Virus record (IMG/VR): IMGVR_UViG_2974671799_000001
Span: 32,001-96,000 of that record
Source of the DNA: a virus
Taxonomy: Duplodnaviria; Caudoviricetes
DNA length: 64,000 bases
Reading direction: 5' to 3' (one strand)
A program made the position numbers and the translations under genes. Positions within the stretch are counted from its first letter, which is position 1. Every line of letters starts with the position of its first letter. The notes beneath the pieces are model-generated. The model made no database searches. It saw only the letters and a program-made list of their open reading frames with translations, and had not been told where the DNA came from. This document shows positions 61,077-64,000 of the stretch, piece after piece.

Positions 61077-61298
61077 TTACTTTTTCCTACCAAATAAACG
61101 AGGCATTTTCCATTTTCTACTTTGTTGCTGTCTTTGTTGTTCCTCATAAGACTTTTTCTTTGCTTTAAGTTCCTCACTAACAGACTCAAAATACATACGA
61201 AATTTATAATATGGCATTTCAAGTAATTCAGATGGTTGAATACCTCTCGCTTTGTTTATTTCAATCTCACTTTTATAATAAGAAGTTGTCGTCTTCAA
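61077..61298 (-). CDS. Baseplate hub assembly chaperone, T4 gp51-like
   Basis: SYYKSE.....GIQPSELLEMPYY..RMY; start uncertain (TTG near 61298). Confidence 0.55.
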   Translation of the reverse strand: MKTTTSYYKSEIEINKARGIQPSELLEMPYYKFRMYFESVSEELKAKKKSYEEQQRQQQSRKWKMPRLFGRKK

Positions 61299-62193
61299 TC
61301 TTATCAAAGACAATAGTTTTGATTCCGTAGGGAAACCGCATTGGTACACCCTCCGAGTGACCACATTTTTCACATACGTTAATAATTTCATTCTTATTAG
61401 TCAATGAAACCTTTTCAGCTAATTTAGCCATATTGATTACATCTTCTTTTGCTAATTCTCTAAATGCATGGAAACAATCTTCCCAATTCTTACTATCACC
61501 TAAATGATTTCTCATGAATGGGAATAACTTAATAAATGCTTTTAATTGATGTTGTTCGATATCGTCTCTTTTAGAAATCATAAATTCCATGATTTCTGAA
61601 TTTTCTTTGATTGTTAAAGGGAAATAACCGTATGTTCTTTTCCCATCACTTGATTTAACATCAATATTAAATTTCCCATCTTTTTCATCATAATACTTAT
61701 CAATTAATGATTCTGTAAATGATAAATTTTGAGGTATAATTTTAATAGTTTGTGTATGACCACATACCTTTCCATCTGCAATATTTTCACATTTATGTTC
61801 GAATGTTAAATCTGTTTTCAAATCAGAATATGTCCTTGCAATAAGTACTAAAGCAAATCTATCAAACTGATAAATAAAAGACGATGTATCTTTAACCTCA
61901 ACATTTCCAACTCTAACTTTAACAACTTCTGAAACTAAGTATTTAAAAGCTTGGTCAACTTCCAAAGGGTTATTTTCATTTAAAGAAGTGAAATAAACAA
62001 CTTCTTTTGTTGAAAATGGTCTAATAGAAATTTGAGTTCCTTTTGGATAAAATCTACCACCATATCCTAATAAATCCATTATGATATCAAGGTGACCACT
62101 TTCTGCTATGTTTTTAGGTGTTAATTGTTTAACTCCATTTTCTTGTTTAGTCACTTCCCCAAGTGCTGAACTATAATCATTTTTTTGCTCCAT
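61273..62193 (-). CDS. Baseplate hub protein, T4 gp26-like
   Basis: ISIRPFSTKE, FDRFALVLIARTYS, two CxxC-type ribbons; follows tail tube. Confidence 0.65.
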   Translation of the reverse strand: MEQKNDYSSALGEVTKQENGVKQLTPKNIAESGHLDIIMDLLGYGGRFYPKGTQISIRPFSTKEVVYFTSLNENNPLEVDQAFKYLVSEVVKVRVGNVEVKDTSSFIYQFDRFALVLIARTYSDLKTDLTFEHKCENIADGKVCGHTQTIKIIPQNLSFTESLIDKYYDEKDGKFNIDVKSSDGKRTYGYFPLTIKENSEIMEFMISKRDDIEQHQLKAFIKLFPFMRNHLGDSKNWEDCFHAFRELAKEDVINMAKLAEKVSLTNKNEIINVCEKCGHSEGVPMRFPYGIKTIVFDKIEDDNFLL

Positions 62194-62276
62194 TTTAAAC
62201 TAATTTATTTGTTTACTTTAATATAACAATATAAAACAAAAAATTGGTAACATTTTTTGTTACCAATTTTTATATA

Positions 62277-62819
62277 TTATTGTTCAGAGGTTTCTACACC
62301 ATTACCGATAACAGTAAATGCTAATTGGATAGGTTCATGGTTCGTGATATCATAATCATCGATACCCGAAATATCACCTTTTACCCACGCATCTTTTAAA
62401 GTTTTCGTAGAAATAGTGTTACCTTTTTTGTCTAAACGCTCAACGATTAAAGTTGCCATGTATTCAGAAGCTGTACCATATTCACCTGTTTCTGAGTTAT
62501 ATGCCGCTTTATGCCATTCTCTAATCTTTTTATAAACGTAATTTTGATTTGTTTTATTTAAGTTTAACGACATTGTTATCTCAATTTCTTGGGTGTTATC
62601 AACATCAGTAGAAGCATAATTTCTTTTAGCTCCAAAAGACTGTTGCTGAACATTTTCTACACCAACATCACGAAATCCTGTAACAGAAATTGCGTGTTCC
62701 GTTAATCTTTCATCAGGTGTGATATTGTCAGGTAACAAAAAAGTTAATCTAAAAAGTGAGTTTAAAACAGGTTCATACTTTAATCTACCTGCTTCGCTAT
62801 TTTCAATATGTGCTAACAT
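62277..62819 (-). CDS. gp19: Tail tube protein
   Basis: LFRLTF, IREWH..AYN, TLKDAWV; downstream of sheath. Confidence 0.8.
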   Translation of the reverse strand: MLAHIENSEAGRLKYEPVLNSLFRLTFLLPDNITPDERLTEHAISVTGFRDVGVENVQQQSFGAKRNYASTDVDNTQEIEITMSLNLNKTNQNYVYKKIREWHKAAYNSETGEYGTASEYMATLIVERLDKKGNTISTKTLKDAWVKGDISGIDDYDITNHEPIQLAFTVIGNGVETSEQ

Positions 62820-62833
62820 TGTTATAATTGTTT

Positions 62834-63319
62834 TTAAGTTTGTACATCATCAACAAATTCTCTCGAAATTATAATGAATTGTTGAATTAAATTTTTGATT
62901 TGAAAATCGTTTGAATATCCTTGCATCGTATCTCCATCGAATTTCTTAAATACTTTATAAAAGTTTTTCCATTCGTCAGTTCTACGTATAATTGTTGCTA
63001 ATTTTTTACCCTTCATAAAATCATCATCGAAATATTCAAAAGCAAAATCTTTTGGATTCTTTGAATAATCATCGAGTAAATAAACATAAATCGAACTTAT
63101 TGCCTTTTCAGCTATCTTGAAAAGCTTATCTGTTTCCTCTCGAATAGCTCTCGAATTTGGTGTTGATTTATTGTTTCTATGCCATTGAATCTCAACGGAG
63201 TTAAAATAATCAGCATATTTACAAAGTATTGTAAAGTTTTCAATCACATCATCTTTAACCAAACTTTCATTTATATTCGATTCCAATAAAGGATTATAAT
63301 AACTTATTAATGACTTCAT
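62834..63319 (-). CDS. Hypothetical late protein between sheath and tube genes
   Basis: MKSLISYYNPLLESNINES N-terminus. Confidence 0.65.
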   Translation of the reverse strand: MKSLISYYNPLLESNINESLVKDDVIENFTILCKYADYFNSVEIQWHRNNKSTPNSRAIREETDKLFKIAEKAISSIYVYLLDDYSKNPKDFAFEYFDDDFMKGKKLATIIRRTDEWKNFYKVFKKFDGDTMQGYSNDFQIKNLIQQFIIISREFVDDVQT

Positions 63320-63335
63320 AAAAATATCTTATAAA

Positions 63336-63355
63336 ACCACCCTCGAAAGGGTGGT
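63336..63355 (-). terminator. UUCG hairpin after sheath gene
   Basis: ACCACCCT-TTCG-AGGGTGGT followed by TTT. Confidence 0.7.
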
Positions 63356-63363
63356 GTAAATTA

Positions 63364-63999
63364 TTATAATATCTCGTTTGTAATCTCGCTTGTAGTTCTA
63401 TTAACAACTAAACGGTGAACAACTTTTTCATTCACATATGAAGGAACAATAATTGTGTCCATAACACCTAAAGCGTTAGAAATAATCTCACCCGTGTTGT
63501 TTTTATCATTTACAATATTCTCATAATAATCAACTGCACCTTGTGCTTGGATTGGTCGCATAACGTTATCCATTCTAGTTTTAACAGTTAATCTATTTTG
63601 AGCTGTGTTTTTCTTACCTAATAAGAATAACGCGATTGGTCGCATTTGCTCATAAATCTGAATCATTAATTCATTTACGTGAGCATATTTTAAAGCAGTA
63701 TTTTGTGTAAATCCTGTTCTATTTCCTAAGATAATGTTTCCACCACCTGCACGGAATAAGATAGGATTAATACCTGACTTTTCTAACCATTTTCTATCTT
63801 CATCTGTAAAGTCATACTCTAAAGATTTGATATTAGTTCCAATCACAGTTCCATAGTCAGTTCCGAAAACAGCTTCATATGGATTTCCACTATTTGATTT
63901 AGCGATGAAATTGTTTGATACGAATGGTGCAGGTGGCATAATCATATCAGAACCGTTATCATTCACATTAAACCAAGGAGCATAGTAATAACCATGATT
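63364..63999 (-). CDS. gp18: Tail sheath protein, C-terminal part (runs off the window)
   Basis: YYAPW, MPPA, GINPI, GNRT, VNELM, NDKNNT; frame open to the window end. Confidence 0.85.
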   Translation of the reverse strand, partial: NHGYYYAPWFNVNDNGSDMIMPPAPFVSNNFIAKSNSGNPYEAVFGTDYGTVIGTNIKSLEYDFTDEDRKWLEKSGINPILFRAGGGNIILGNRTGFTQNTALKYAHVNELMIQIYEQMRPIALFLLGKKNTAQNRLTVKTRMDNVMRPIQAQGAVDYYENIVNDKNNTGEIISNALGVMDTIIVPSYVNEKVVHRLVVNRTTSEITNEIL

Positions 64000-64000
64000 A

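Noticed and set aside
61034-61222. 62-aa minus-strand ORF
   Set aside because: Overlaps the gp51-like frame and runs through a terminator-like hairpin; no recognisable motif

Overview
A very AT-rich, densely coded segment of a large T4-like (myovirus, probably jumbo) phage genome. The host is most likely a Bacteroidota/Flavobacteriaceae bacterium: at least 18 host-type promoters (TTG/TTTG-N19-21-TAnnTTTG), a Bacteroidota-type lipoprotein and an outer-membrane beta-barrel gene support this. Almost all genes are on the minus strand. The region 1-50 kb holds accessory and replication genes: an ABC-ATPase/GNAT, dNMP kinase, esterase, NADAR-HAD, ATP-grasp ligase, two MazG proteins, Nudix, clamp loader, a PEP-synthase-like dikinase, an HTH regulator, a metalloprotease, gp15, UvsW, gp32, a ParB-like protein and RuvC. 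A plus-strand island at 50.7-54.6 kb holds tape measure, holin and spanin-like genes. The region 55-64 kb is structural, with T4-type TATAAATA late promoters (tail accessory proteins, putative internal head proteins, gp51, gp26, tube, sheath). The main second-look items are: an apparently catalytically dead gp43-like DNA polymerase plus other dead enzyme folds; a family of proteins with a shared capsid-targeting-like N-terminal tag; a 385-bp non-coding element present twice; a type V pilin-like lipoprotein/beta-barrel module; an in-frame TGA inside the ABC-GNAT gene; a three-hairpin RNA between two MPKSKHRK proteins; and an orphan dikinase. No tRNA, rRNA, CRISPR array, reverse transcriptase or transposase was recognised. 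All homology calls are by-eye motif recognition, not database searches.
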